From the IMG/VR virus record IMGVR_UViG_3300030503_000315, positions 62,001-126,000 of that record: a DNA stretch of 64,000 nucleotides; one strand, given 5' to 3'. A program made the translations under genes and the position numbers. Below the pieces are notes generated by a model. The model had not been told where the DNA came from, did no database searches, and saw nothing but the letters and a program-made list of their open reading frames with translations. Shown in pieces: positions 30,301 through 40,939 of this stretch; within the stretch, counting starts at the first letter, position 1; each line of letters begins with the position of its first letter.

Positions 30301-33300
30301 CTATTGATTTGTGTGAGGATCTCAAAGAATCTCATTGTCATTCTCCGTGTGCACTTCGGGATCCAGGATGTTGATCTGGTAATCGACCTTCTTGATCTCC
30401 GTAAGGAAGTTACGGTAATCTCCGCCGTACTTGCCTTTCACCTTCACGATCTCGAAAGGCAGACGTCCAAAATGCCAATCGGCAAACTGCGTAAATGTGT
30501 GAGCTGCGATGGGTGCAGGACGATGCTCGTCCGGCATGAATGCAAAACAGTGTTCATATGCATCCCACGCAACCTTCTCAAAAATATTCAGCCCATCGGA
30601 TTTCCAGCACGAGTCATGATTACTGGAATTCACCCAATTCGAAATTTCGACGTCTTCCCGTGGATGCGTTACGGCAACAAAAACCTGATGCCTCTGCGTG
30701 ACCAGAATGTGGATCGTACGTTGGTAGCGTTTGTCCCATTCCTTGTGATGCGTGGAACCATTCTTCTCGTATCCGTAGTTCAGCATGTCGAACGAAATGC
30801 GGAAGTATATTGCATAACAACCATCACGCAACGTCAAGAACTGGTGTCCATCTGCGCCGTTAAGCGCAGTCTTGTTGCGATGCCCGCTAACGATGAAGTG
30901 TTCGGCGAGTTCAGCTACCACGTGCTTCGTTTCGATTTGGTTCATTGCTGTTCCCCTTCGTATTTGACCACCGCCTGCCAACAGGCAAACAAGTCATTTT
31001 GTAGAACATGGAATTTATCCATAGCCCCGGAGGGCCCACCAAGTGGTTGCCAACCTTCTTGAAGAGCAACCATCACAAGTTTTGTAAGCTCTGGGAAATT
31101 GCGTTCCGTGAGAACTTTGTAATCAAAGATTTTCATAACCCACTCTCACAGTTGGAGGGGAGGTTTGACATCCGCCATCATTGCTTCAATTTCTTCGACT
31201 GCAAGTGTACCTCCTTCAATATGAAGGCTGTCAAGAATCTGCGCTGTAGTCAGCGCACGCACCAAGGCTTCTCTGTAACAACGAAAGGATGAGGTGTCAC
31301 AGTGCTCAAAATGTTGCACGCCCCAAAATCCAACTGAAGCCATAGCCGACTTCAGTCTACCTTCTAACATTCTTATAGTTGACGTATCCATCTTAGCTCC
31401 CGTTGAATTCAACTTTGGACCAGAGTTCTTTCATCTTCGCTACGGCGTCGAGTTCGTTCTGCATTCCATCATCCGAATCGAAGATGAACACATCTTTATC
31501 CGCAACGATATCGACATCGGGAATAAAGGTCGGACCTTTGCTCAGGACCGGGTCCTGCATCCAACCTGCTTCGTAGTGACGAAGGGTCCACGCCTGCGAA
31601 AGCATGACCACGTAGACCATGGCGAAGCCAAACTGGTTACTCGTGGTGTTACGTTTGGTAACATACATGAAAGGCATATTCATTGTGAACTCCTAGAAAT
31701 AGAACTTGCCATCAACAAACGCTTTCGGGTGCCCTGCCGGCAAATCATTGCCCAAGACTTCCTCAAGAGTTCGACCCATGTCCTTAACGTAGTTCAGCTG
31801 CTCTGCTTCAATCCATGAAGCTTCGAGTTCCTCATCCAGCGCATCGTCTTCCCCGATTTCGACCGGATCGTCGTCATAGACAGGGTCATGATCGTAATAA
31901 CCCGAGGCTTCGAGCTCTTCCTCGGCGGCGTCATTGCGACGTTTGATACATGCGCCGCAGACGCGATACAGAGGACCATACATTCCTTCGTCGTAGTCGC
32001 GGGCATCGCGCAGATCGGTAGCACCGTTGCTACACCAATCACACGTGCCATGCGCCATCTCTTCCTTGTAGGCAGCTAGTTCGACTTTGTGCTGCTCGTA
32101 GCATTCCAGGCACATATCGTTCAGCTCTGCTCCGAACGAATCCGTCTCTCCCTGCACCCTATGAGTTGCAGGACGCCCCGGGTGCGAGTCACACATTGTG
32201 TCCTTGGGAACTGAATGATGCGCACCGGGCAACGTACGGCAGGGTCCAATAACTTCAGCCATGATTATTTTCCTTGATCTCGTAGCCCGCGTCCAGCAGG
32301 GCTTCTTTGATGAAAGCATTCAGTATGTCAGCTTGACGACTTAACCATTCCGCCTTGGCATCATAGCCCATGCCCTTAGGCATGTCGAGTTTGACTCCGA
32401 TATAGGTGATGCCTTCATCACCGTTAGAGTGACCTTCAATCACCCCAACTCCCAACTTCATCTTTGCCATGTCATGCTCCTTGATCCAGTGGACCGCATC
32501 CACCAACAGCTTCGCGATCTGCATAGGTAGCATGGCGAAGCAAGCGCGCTGCCACTACTATATAGGTACTCCCATCTTCAACTTCGGCGATTGCCCGAGC
32601 ACGTGTTAAGGCAATCACTTCAGTCGTGAAGAGATGACCGAGCCCGTTAACAACTTGAAGTTCATAGATGAACTCTCCGGTTCGAGTTGCATCTGTTCGA
32701 TCTTCTACAACGCACTCGCTGCAAACTCGAACAAATGCGTGCTGGTGTTTTTCACAGAACATATCATGCTCCTTGAGCAATGAACAAATCACAAGTTGCC
32801 CACGCCGTTGCGCAACCAATCAACGCCGAGGACAACACGAAGAAGAATGCAGTGAACCCCGGCTCTTGCTTGAACATCGCTTGAAACTCAAGCCGAACCG
32901 CGTACGAGAACACTGCCATGCAGGGCAGATAAACTGCCACCCAAATCAGAAACAGTTTCACTGTGCCTCCTCACTGCTCGAGGGGCAGAGGGAATACATT
33001 TGCCCCATTCTCGATGATACTGAACAAACCAGCGAGGAGGAACGCAGCAGCCTCGCTGATAATCAAAACAGGGCGATGCAATGTAGGATCGAACTCGCTG
33101 CGGTTCATAAGCAGCATAGTAGCAACATCGACATTCGGAGCTTGCTCCGTGCTTTGGACGAGAATGGTTTCTGTGTTGAGACCGACTGCAAACATGATAT
33201 GCTCCTTGAGCAGAGGTAAAACGATTGATGGGTTTTGTGTTCAGATGCCAGTCAGGAAATCAGCGATCTCCTGCAGCTTGTATTCATCGCTCTGTGCCAT
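27313..33300 (-). other. Large accessory array of about 20 small hypothetical CDS, several predicted membrane or Cys-rich
   Basis: Includes 27313.., 27929.., 28245.., 28411.., 28893.., 29097.., 29669.., 30015.., 30322.., 30942.., 31146.., 31393.., 31693.., 32255.., 32472.., 32764.., 32971..; continuous tiling. Confidence 0.6.
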
Positions 33301-33306
33301 GATGAA

Positions 33307-33452
33307 CTCCGTTTCGTTGGGAGGGCATGAAAAACGATAAATGTGCAAATGTCGCACGCGGCATTTTCCTTGCGGTGCGTCCGCAACACTATTCTATCAG
33401 AAACGCGCTCAACTGTGGTCGGGGTGCTGTGGTGTTGCAGAAAAACAACACC
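33307..33452 (-). promoter_or_regulatory. Class A promoter (TGATAGAAT plus GGTGTTG-N8-CAACACC) and AACGAAACGGAG leader
   Basis: -10 at 33391-33399, palindrome 33431-33452, leader motif 33307-33325. Confidence 0.7.
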
Positions 33453-33484
33453 CCGCGAACCACCTATTTACGTGCATTTGCCAG

Positions 33485-33736
33485 CTACAGGAGGGTTATT
33501 CGCTGCGAGTAACGTCTGCCTTTCTCAGGGTTTGGTTTCGACTTCGGAAACAACACCACCGACCGTATCGGAACAGGTATTGGATCACCCGGTGCCACAG
33601 CTTTGCCGTTGATATGAACGGATTTTCCTTCCAGCCATCGCTTCAATTCCGAGCCAGATGCCACACCAATTCCCGACTGCTTCTGAAACTGACAGACGTC
33701 GTGCAACGACCTGAGCCACTGCATGCATGTCATCAT
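33485..33736 (-). CDS. S4-like RNA-binding domain protein
   Basis: SGSELKRWLEGKSVHINGKAV matches the S4 alphaL motif. Confidence 0.6.
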   Translation of the reverse strand: MMTCMQWLRSLHDVCQFQKQSGIGVASGSELKRWLEGKSVHINGKAVAPGDPIPVPIRSVVLFPKSKPNPEKGRRYSQRITLL

Positions 33737-34059
33737 TCCACTTTCTCTCCGAGTATGAACTCCAGGAAGGCCAGCGAGGGTTTCACGTTGTGATCTTCCA
33801 CATAGTGTTGATAACCCTGTGGCCATCTCCAACCATCATTCTGGTATTCTCCAGAACCATTCCTGCACCCACAGATGCGACAGTTCGACCAACCCTTGTA
33901 ATGATGTAGGACAGATCTACGCTGTATGTTTTCCAGAGCTTGAAGGAATCGCCTGCGCCCTACCCAAGGTTTGCCCAACGGCAGCGGTGTGGGCAACATA
34001 GAGCCACGACCTGTTTTCCAAAAACCTTCCCGACTGATAGTCGTATTTTGTTGTAGCAC
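33733..34059 (-). CDS. Hypothetical Cys/His-rich phage protein
   Basis: YKGWSNCRICG..NG..E....W.WP.G..HY...HNV.P. Confidence 0.65.
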   Translation of the reverse strand: MLQQNTTISREGFWKTGRGSMLPTPLPLGKPWVGRRRFLQALENIQRRSVLHHYKGWSNCRICGCRNGSGEYQNDGWRWPQGYQHYVEDHNVKPSLAFLEFILGEKVE

Positions 34060-34127
34060 CTTTACTCTCCCATAGAAATGAAGAAGGGGAACATTCGAAT
34101 GTTCCCCTCATGCATCACTCTACTACA

Positions 34128-34562
34128 TCAATCATCCGTATCGTCTTCAGCAAACTCTGCGAGTTTCTTCTTCAGCTCATCCAACGGCAATGCCGCAACA
34201 GCTTCGTTCTCGCGTTGATTGATGAGTTCCAACAACTTCTGACGTTCATCCTTGCGATGCTGACGCTTCGCCTTCTCATCCCGTTCCGTCACCAGAACGT
34301 CAATGATGTACTTGACGATATCAAGCTTCAACCTTAACAGTTCGTCTCCTGTGGATGCAGCAGGACGAACAAATGACCTAGTACCCTGAGCTTCCTTAAC
34401 CTGACGATCGAGTTCAATTGCTATTGAATCAAGTGATGTTGCTTTCGAACCTTCGGGCACAATCAACTTCATGCCCCACAGATCTTCAACTGACAGTCCG
34501 CCCTTATCCGTATCGAAGCGCAGCTTCAGGCGTGCAGCTTTGATAAACATATTTTCCGACAT
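34128..34562 (-). CDS. Conserved phage protein, partner of the 689-aa protein
   Basis: MF.KAARLKLRF.T.KG.LSVEDLW N-terminus; coiled-coil C-terminus. Confidence 0.7.
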   Translation of the reverse strand: MSENMFIKAARLKLRFDTDKGGLSVEDLWGMKLIVPEGSKATSLDSIAIELDRQVKEAQGTRSFVRPAASTGDELLRLKLDIVKYIIDVLVTERDEKAKRQHRKDERQKLLELINQRENEAVAALPLDELKKKLAEFAEDDTDD

Positions 34563-34573
34563 GTTGATTCTCC

Positions 34574-36643
34574 TTAGAAAACGATTTTGATCAGACGTGA
34601 GAAACTACCTTTCACACGACATACTACATGATTACGCAAGGTTGAGGAGAAGCCCAGACCGCTCAACTGATCCGCGGCGTCGTCGACCTTCATCTTAGAA
34701 CCGACCATCTCAAACACCTTGCGGTGTTGATCCAACTCTTGCTTAAGGAACTCATTGTAAAATGGTCGAGCAGCCTCATCACTCAAACACTTATCCAGAA
34801 TAAAGAAGTAGTGCTTGTTGCCCGTACCTTGGAATGCTAGCTTGTCAGCTAACGTTTCACCGGTGTTCCAGTGATTCGGGCTGAGCATCAACAAGTTGAC
34901 GTTGTGGAAAGTCTGCGTGGGGATGTTCCACTCTGTTCGTACAGCTTCGGAATGTGGTAGCGACTCGATGTACTCAATACCAGCAGCCTTCGAATACTTG
35001 AACTTCGCCACTACTGCATTTGTCTTTGATGACAGTGCGTTGGGGTGTGAGAAGCGACGCACTTCACCCATGAAATCCATCTCAACATCAAAACCAACAT
35101 TGGTAGATTCACGCTTGCTGAACTGATGAACGAACAACTTATAGATGCCTTCCTTCATGTTGTTCTTGCTCCCGTAGAAAATGTTCTCTACGGGTTCGCG
35201 CGTCTGACCGGATCCTGCATTCATATCGACATCGAGACGACCACCGCAACCTGAAGGACCTTTGTTCCAGAAATAAATCTCATTCCCATCCGGCTCGACC
35301 ATATGAAGGTCAAGGTCGTCGTGGTTGTACCACGCAAGACGGCAGCACAGATCACCGGTGACATTACCTCCAGCATTCTTCACTCGTTCCTTGATACCAT
35401 CCGCAACGTCACCGGTGTAGGCCCAGCTGAAACCATTTTCCCACTTGAACAATTTTCCTGCGGTGGGGTCAACAGGAGCAACCAGAGTCATCAACCGTTC
35501 CCTCAGTCGATTCTCAAACAGCAGTTCAACCGTCTTAGCGTGAGGAACGATATCCGAAATGAACTTCTCAATAGTTACTTCTTCGACCTTGTCATAGCTC
35601 TTGATATCCGATTTGACTCCAGCCGCCAGATCATCGAATACATCCCCCAACATGGCAGCCTTCGATTCACGATTGGCAAACAGAATATCGTCGACCGGAA
35701 CATCCGTGATCTTTGCATAGCGCCGTTCGAGGGCGGACACCAAGCCGAGCTCCTGCAACTTAAGCTTTGCGTTCTCGATTTGCTTCTTCGAAACCAATGC
35801 AGTAGGACGTTTGTAGTTCGGACCAGCAGCCTTAAGCTCATATGACTTTACTGCGCCCTCGAGATCATAACCTTCCGACAAGTCACACAACAGTGTTCCG
35901 ATATTATGATTGCGAATACGTGTAACAGCTTCGCTTAGTTTACGCTCTACAACTTTCCAACCAAATAGTTTCTTCTCTTCTGCATCCAACTTCGCGTACT
36001 CAACCTTCAGCTTTCTGAACTCTGTGATAGCCCACTTGTTTTCCTCACCACGGTAGAGCGAGTTTTGGGAGATGAGTTCAAGAACCGTATCTACTGCTTC
36101 ATCTGTGATCGTATCAAGACCACGGATCAACACTTGCTGCGTTGTGCGAGGTTCATTCAGCTTCGAGGCAATGTCCGGACCGTTGCACACATACTTCGGA
36201 TCGATGTTGACGAAGAAGTGATTCCACTCAATGACAGTGGCACCCTGCTTTACTGGTTCAATCAACTGCTCGAAGTTCTTGTCCGTCCCACAACGACGTT
36301 CCGCATGCAAAAACAAATCTGCGATCTCATGTGACTTAACGAACTTCGACAGTGCATCAGCAACGATTTGATACCCGGGTTCGTCTTTCACTACGACGTC
36401 CCACACACTTACGATCTTGTTATCGATAAGTGCTACTGCATTCCCTATACCACGAATGAAACCCTTGCAGCAACCGCAGTCATGTTCGGTGCGTTTGCGG
36501 AACACTTCATTGGTACCTGCAGGAAACGAATTCAGATACAACTCATACATCTTTTCCTTGTCGAGCTGAACACGATACATACCGTGCTTCTGCATCTTCT
36601 CGAATTGCTTCGCTACTGCGAGCTTGAATGCTTTGAAATCCAT
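34574..36643 (-). CDS. Large uncharacterised phage protein with a YfaP/DUF2135-like domain
   Basis: CRLAWYNHDDLDLHMVEPDG...LDVDMN...PVENI motif; N-terminal HDCGCC metal site. Confidence 0.6.
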   Translation of the reverse strand: MDFKAFKLAVAKQFEKMQKHGMYRVQLDKEKMYELYLNSFPAGTNEVFRKRTEHDCGCCKGFIRGIGNAVALIDNKIVSVWDVVVKDEPGYQIVADALSKFVKSHEIADLFLHAERRCGTDKNFEQLIEPVKQGATVIEWNHFFVNIDPKYVCNGPDIASKLNEPRTTQQVLIRGLDTITDEAVDTVLELISQNSLYRGEENKWAITEFRKLKVEYAKLDAEEKKLFGWKVVERKLSEAVTRIRNHNIGTLLCDLSEGYDLEGAVKSYELKAAGPNYKRPTALVSKKQIENAKLKLQELGLVSALERRYAKITDVPVDDILFANRESKAAMLGDVFDDLAAGVKSDIKSYDKVEEVTIEKFISDIVPHAKTVELLFENRLRERLMTLVAPVDPTAGKLFKWENGFSWAYTGDVADGIKERVKNAGGNVTGDLCCRLAWYNHDDLDLHMVEPDGNEIYFWNKGPSGCGGRLDVDMNAGSGQTREPVENIFYGSKNNMKEGIYKLFVHQFSKRESTNVGFDVEMDFMGEVRRFSHPNALSSKTNAVVAKFKYSKAAGIEYIESLPHSEAVRTEWNIPTQTFHNVNLLMLSPNHWNTGETLADKLAFQGTGNKHYFFILDKCLSDEAARPFYNEFLKQELDQHRKVFEMVGSKMKVDDAADQLSGLGFSSTLRNHVVCRVKGSFSRLIKIVF

Positions 36644-36703
36644 ATTGACTCCATCGTTAGGTTGGGTCCGACCTCATGGTCAGGACCCTTGTCTTCTTTC
36701 TTA

Positions 36704-36814
36704 TCAATGACTGTACGATACCGCCGGATCCCCCGGGTGCATAAACACGTCAACTACCGGAGGTTGCACTGCACAACCTGTCAGGAACAAAATCAAAACT
36801 ATTGCATATTTCAT
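36704..36814 (-). CDS. 36-aa lipoprotein (below the ORF-track cutoff)
   Basis: Translated by hand: MKYAIVLILFLTGC-AVQPPVVDVFMHPGDPAVSYSH; lipobox LTGC; ATG 2 nt after the upstream TAA. Confidence 0.7.
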   Translation of the reverse strand: MKYAIVLILFLTGCAVQPPVVDVFMHPGDPAVSYSH

Positions 36815-36816
36815 TT

Positions 36817-37995
36817 TTACGCCCTAGGAATAACCAAATGTTGTCCGACTTGAATTAGATCAGGGTTCGGCAGATTGTTACGCGATTGAATCTTTCGATA
36901 CGCACCAGACGATCCCATCTGTGCTGCTGCAATCTTACCCAACGTATCACCTGGCTTCACGACATACGTTTGCTCACCAGACGTTGCTGCAGTTGTCACA
37001 GCCTTGTCGCTAACGAAGTATTTGATAAGCAGCGCTTTGTAATCGTCCGATGCACGTACGTGAGTAATGGCCGTGTTCAACGCCGTCAGCAAGGATTCAT
37101 CAGTCGAACGCACGCCAATCTTGTACGCGATATCAGAACCATCCAACTTCGTGACTGCGAACTTCAGGTCAGTTCCCTTTACCGACGATACCGCAAAGGG
37201 ATAATCGTAGATGAAGGCATCGACCGTACTGTTATCGATTGACTTATCGATAAAATGCGGATCTGCATCGTCTACAACTTGTGCAGCTGCAAGCGGGAAC
37301 TGGCGGTGCATGAATGCCTTAACGTCCGGGTCACCCTTCAGGATGCCGATGCGAACATCCGGATCATTCAGTTGTGCTGGTGTCTTGATTTTCGACGACG
37401 GACCAACGATCAACGAATAACCGAAATCCGTAACGTATGGTGCGCTATACTCGATTCCCTGCACCGGTTGATCGTCCTGATATGTCAGGCCATCCATCGC
37501 AATATCAACGGTGTAGTTGCCGTTCGCATCCTTCACCAACAACTGTTTTGGCACCTGTGCATATTCCGGCACCTCGTGATTCATGTCAACACGAACCGCA
37601 CCACAGCGCGCCGCGAACACTGGATCCTGGAACAGCAGCTTCGCTAAGTCGACGTTGAACCCTGAAATCTGTCCGCCTTCATCGTTGTAGAATGGCTCGC
37701 TTGGATTCTCCACAGACACACGAACAACACAATTGCTCAGGATCGACTTCAGGGTATCAGACGATGCCACGTAGGGTTGGGCTGGTGCTTGCTGTACTAC
37801 AGGTGAAGACTGCGGTGCGGGTGTTTGATTCGTCGCGGACTGACCGAAATCTGTTTGTTGCTGTGCAACCTGAACTTGTTGTGTTGCTGCCTTGTCGAGC
37901 AAACCGAAATGCTTCACTCCTACATACGCTCCTGTACCGATTACCGCAACACCAAAAAGGATGAGGAGATTCTTACCTAAACGCGTGGCTGCCAT
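36817..37995 (-). CDS. Membrane-anchored amino-acid-type solute-binding protein (SBP family 3) fused to LysM
   Basis: N-terminal TM; PFY...GFNVDLAK, YSAPY, DAFIYDYP motifs; C-terminal YVVKPGDTLGKIA...N...PDLIQVGQ.L.IP LysM. Confidence 0.88.
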   Translation of the reverse strand: MAATRLGKNLLILFGVAVIGTGAYVGVKHFGLLDKAATQQVQVAQQQTDFGQSATNQTPAPQSSPVVQQAPAQPYVASSDTLKSILSNCVVRVSVENPSEPFYNDEGGQISGFNVDLAKLLFQDPVFAARCGAVRVDMNHEVPEYAQVPKQLLVKDANGNYTVDIAMDGLTYQDDQPVQGIEYSAPYVTDFGYSLIVGPSSKIKTPAQLNDPDVRIGILKGDPDVKAFMHRQFPLAAAQVVDDADPHFIDKSIDNSTVDAFIYDYPFAVSSVKGTDLKFAVTKLDGSDIAYKIGVRSTDESLLTALNTAITHVRASDDYKALLIKYFVSDKAVTTAATSGEQTYVVKPGDTLGKIAAAQMGSSGAYRKIQSRNNLPNPDLIQVGQHLVIPRA

Positions 37996-38037
37996 GATTT
38001 GTCCTAGCTTGTTGATAGGTTTAACTTCAATGGGTAT

Positions 38038-38958
38038 TTACTTGCCCTGAATAACTGCTAACGCTGCGGGATGCACTTGCCATTTGATTCTCTCGAGATC
38101 GGTCGGGTCAACATTCTTCCACTTCGGATGTCCCGTCGCTTGCAACTCCGGCATCTTGTTCATAACGCATCGCACTAGACTTGTGATCTCTTTCTGATAC
38201 TGACTCTTGAATGCGTACGTGACCAACACGTTGCCTGTCTTATACGTCGAAACGGATTGTTGCTGGAACGGGTATGAGCCAGATGGGATGATCGACTTGG
38301 TGTACAATCCGAATGCGTCCAACTTTGGATTCGAAATAGACACAAGACGAACACCGGATGCTGTGGTGAACATCCCAACAGGTCTTCCTGCGTTTACAAA
38401 CATTGCATCAACCTGTCCCGACTCTACTGCTTTCAGTCCATCCGATTGCTGCAGATTCACTGCATTCCATTGCAACCCGGTCAACGACTTGATCACCTGC
38501 ACCGAAACCCACGACCCAGATCCTTGCACGTCTTCGTCCACGCGTTTTCCTTGCAGATCATTCAGACTCTGAATCCTCGAGTTGGCAGAAACCAACAGGT
38601 GAATCTCCGACGAGAAGAACGGGAATACAACCTGAATCCGGTCCATCATCTTCGGGTCAACGCCTTGCTGATACATGAGAGCATCAAGCTGAACAATTCC
38701 GTACTGCACGTTCTTATCCCCGTAAACCTTAGCCAGGTTATCTAGCGACCCATCACTCACTATGTTGCTGATCGGCGTCTGCGGCGTAGAACACACTCGA
38801 GCAATGTCACCAGCCATCGGGTAATTTGTTCCAGATGGTTGCCCTGAGGCAATGCCAACCGGTGCCGCGTGGGCGTGTGTCAACAGCAGGACAGACAGGC
38901 CGACGGCAACAGCGGTATTCATCGCCGCTTGAATCCAGATTGCAGTGTTGAGCTTCAT
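38038..38958 (-). CDS. TAXI-family TRAP solute-binding protein
   Basis: Signal peptide; IASGQPSGTNY, DGSLDNL, GIVQLDA, SEIHLLV, DLQGKRV..GSGS, VDAMFV.AG.P. Confidence 0.88.
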   Translation of the reverse strand: MKLNTAIWIQAAMNTAVAVGLSVLLLTHAHAAPVGIASGQPSGTNYPMAGDIARVCSTPQTPISNIVSDGSLDNLAKVYGDKNVQYGIVQLDALMYQQGVDPKMMDRIQVVFPFFSSEIHLLVSANSRIQSLNDLQGKRVDEDVQGSGSWVSVQVIKSLTGLQWNAVNLQQSDGLKAVESGQVDAMFVNAGRPVGMFTTASGVRLVSISNPKLDAFGLYTKSIIPSGSYPFQQQSVSTYKTGNVLVTYAFKSQYQKEITSLVRCVMNKMPELQATGHPKWKNVDPTDLERIKWQVHPAALAVIQGK

Positions 38959-39266
38959 TGCTGTTTCCCTTGATTGAGGAGGAACTGCACACCACGATTT
39001 GCTGATGGGTCAGTCTGCTGCACTACAGGAGCCGGCTGCTCAGCTTGAGCTTCTGCTGGCTGTTGAATAACAACAGGCTGTGCGACCTGAGGACTTGGCG
39101 GAGCCGGAGTGTCATCCTCCTGCGTTTGCGCAGGTTGGATGTCCACCACGGGTTCCTGCTTCTTGTCGAATACACCTTTTTGCTTTGCTGCCCAGTATCC
39201 ACCTCCACCAACCACACCAACAATTACCAGAATGAGGAGATTCTTACCTAACCTTGTAGCTGCCAT
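38955..39266 (-). CDS. Single-TM Q/P-rich periplasmic protein
   Basis: MAATRLGKNLLIL anchor identical to that of 36817..37995. Confidence 0.78.
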   Translation of the reverse strand: MAATRLGKNLLILVIVGVVGGGGYWAAKQKGVFDKKQEPVVDIQPAQTQEDDTPAPPSPQVAQPVVIQQPAEAQAEQPAPVVQQTDPSANRGVQFLLNQGKQQ

Positions 39267-39268
39267 GA

Positions 39269-40261
39269 TTAATCCTTCTTCGTCCAGTAATTACCTTTGG
39301 TATATGCAAGTGGTACCGCAGGTTCGAGTTCGACGTCAACAGGTTGAACCTTCAACTGCAGGGTGCGCGAATTCAAATCTTCCAACACCTTCATGCCATC
39401 GTCCGCGCGGATTGCGTCCGTCAGGTTTCTGCCCTTCATGAAGGAGTCGACATCATCCAGGAATGCATCGATCTGACCGAATTGTCGTTCAGTCTCTTCA
39501 GACATGAAACCCATCGCTAGATCACGCATACCTTCGACATCTTCCGATCCACGGAACGCAGATTTCAGAACGCCCATGATACCACCCAGTGCATTCGACG
39601 CCTTGTACTTGCGGACGATAACGTCGATCTTGTAGTCGATGCTATCATTCGTTGCCTTCAATGCATCAAGCACTTCCTTCAGCTTTGCATCCAAAACTTT
39701 AACCTGATCCGCGCCAGGTTGCAATTCCTTAATTGCACCGATTGCTTCAGCCAATTGCATCGCGCGTCCACGAATCTCCGCAGTCTCACCATTATGAGAT
39801 TGCAGGTAATTCGCTTCCTTCTGCAAGCGTGTCGCGTCTGCCTGGAAACCAGCGATGGTCGATTCGATCAATGCTTGCTGTTCCTTCACCTTACCACGAG
39901 CATCACTTGCAACCTGAAGCTTTTGTCTTGCTGCCTTCTGTCGATCCCGTGCCAACCACGCAGGATCATATTGAATGAACGCGTAGGTCAAAGCCCACAT
40001 AGCCCGCTTGTAGACAAACCACACCAGCTTCGTCAGCCTACCATCAAGAATGATACCAACCAATGCAAGCAATATCAAACCAAGGATGATAGCGTAGATC
40101 GTATTCGCAAACAGAGTTATGATGAATGGAAGAATTTTGAAAAGACCCCATCCACCCAGACCCAAGATACCCAAGCCGAAAAACAATCCGGTTGTACCTT
40201 CCTTCGTGTTCCAAAAGGAAGGTCGCTTGAACCCCGTTGGGGTAGTGAGATCATTTGGCAT
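39269..40261 (-). CDS. Inner-membrane protein with a long helical coiled-coil (PspA-like architecture)
   Basis: SFWNTKEGTTG followed by 2-3 hydrophobic helices and about 220 aa of amphipathic helices. Confidence 0.7.
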   Translation of the reverse strand: MPNDLTTPTGFKRPSFWNTKEGTTGLFFGLGILGLGGWGLFKILPFIITLFANTIYAIILGLILLALVGIILDGRLTKLVWFVYKRAMWALTYAFIQYDPAWLARDRQKAARQKLQVASDARGKVKEQQALIESTIAGFQADATRLQKEANYLQSHNGETAEIRGRAMQLAEAIGAIKELQPGADQVKVLDAKLKEVLDALKATNDSIDYKIDVIVRKYKASNALGGIMGVLKSAFRGSEDVEGMRDLAMGFMSEETERQFGQIDAFLDDVDSFMKGRNLTDAIRADDGMKVLEDLNSRTLQLKVQPVDVELEPAVPLAYTKGNYWTKKD

Positions 40262-40886
40262 TTGTAGCTCCCAGGTACATTTGAACCTTCTTCGAAATAT
40301 CGCTATACTTTGTGCTAAGGTTGGTCACGATACTTTTGAAGTCGATGTCGGCCTTACTCAGGTCGACCGTCTTCTGTTGCACCGAAGTCACCAGAGTCAT
40401 CTTGTCTTGCGTTGCTGTGCTCAACTCTTGTGTCAGTTGTTGAATCTTTTGCTCAGCAACGTCTACCTGAGCTTTCGTCTTCTCGAGATCATCTTTCGAG
40501 GCGGTGACGAACTCAGCTTCGAAACGTTGTGCGGCTTGTGCAAGAACGATGCCATGCGATTCAACTGCGGTAATCAGTTCTTCTGGTGTGGCTTCAATGA
40601 TCGCTTGCACCGTACGGAACTTCGTCGGCTCATCCATGCCGGGGACGTTCTTCAACTTTTCCAACTGCTCTTCGAACTTGTTAAAAACAGCGTACGCAGC
40701 GCTGCCTCTGATGTCGTGCTCGATGTCCGCGGTGATCGTCGGTACATCAAGTACACCCTGTGCTGCCAACGTAGTTCCTGTTCCTGCAGGAATGGATACG
40801 GGAGTAACCGCTTTAGTAACCGGTGCAGGTTTTGCTACCGGTTTCTTGTCGTCTTCAACCAGTCCAAGTTTCTTAAGAAAATCCAT
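40251..40886 (-). CDS. Coiled-coil protein, first gene of the envelope operon
   Basis: MDFLKKLGL amphipathic N-terminus, P/A/K linker, long heptad C-terminus. Confidence 0.72.
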   Translation of the reverse strand: MDFLKKLGLVEDDKKPVAKPAPVTKAVTPVSIPAGTGTTLAAQGVLDVPTITADIEHDIRGSAAYAVFNKFEEQLEKLKNVPGMDEPTKFRTVQAIIEATPEELITAVESHGIVLAQAAQRFEAEFVTASKDDLEKTKAQVDVAEQKIQQLTQELSTATQDKMTLVTSVQQKTVDLSKADIDFKSIVTNLSTKYSDISKKVQMYLGATNAK

Positions 40887-40939
40887 GATGTTTCCCTCTG
40901 TTGGTTAATGCTGTACCGAATGCTTGAAGCAAAAGAAAT

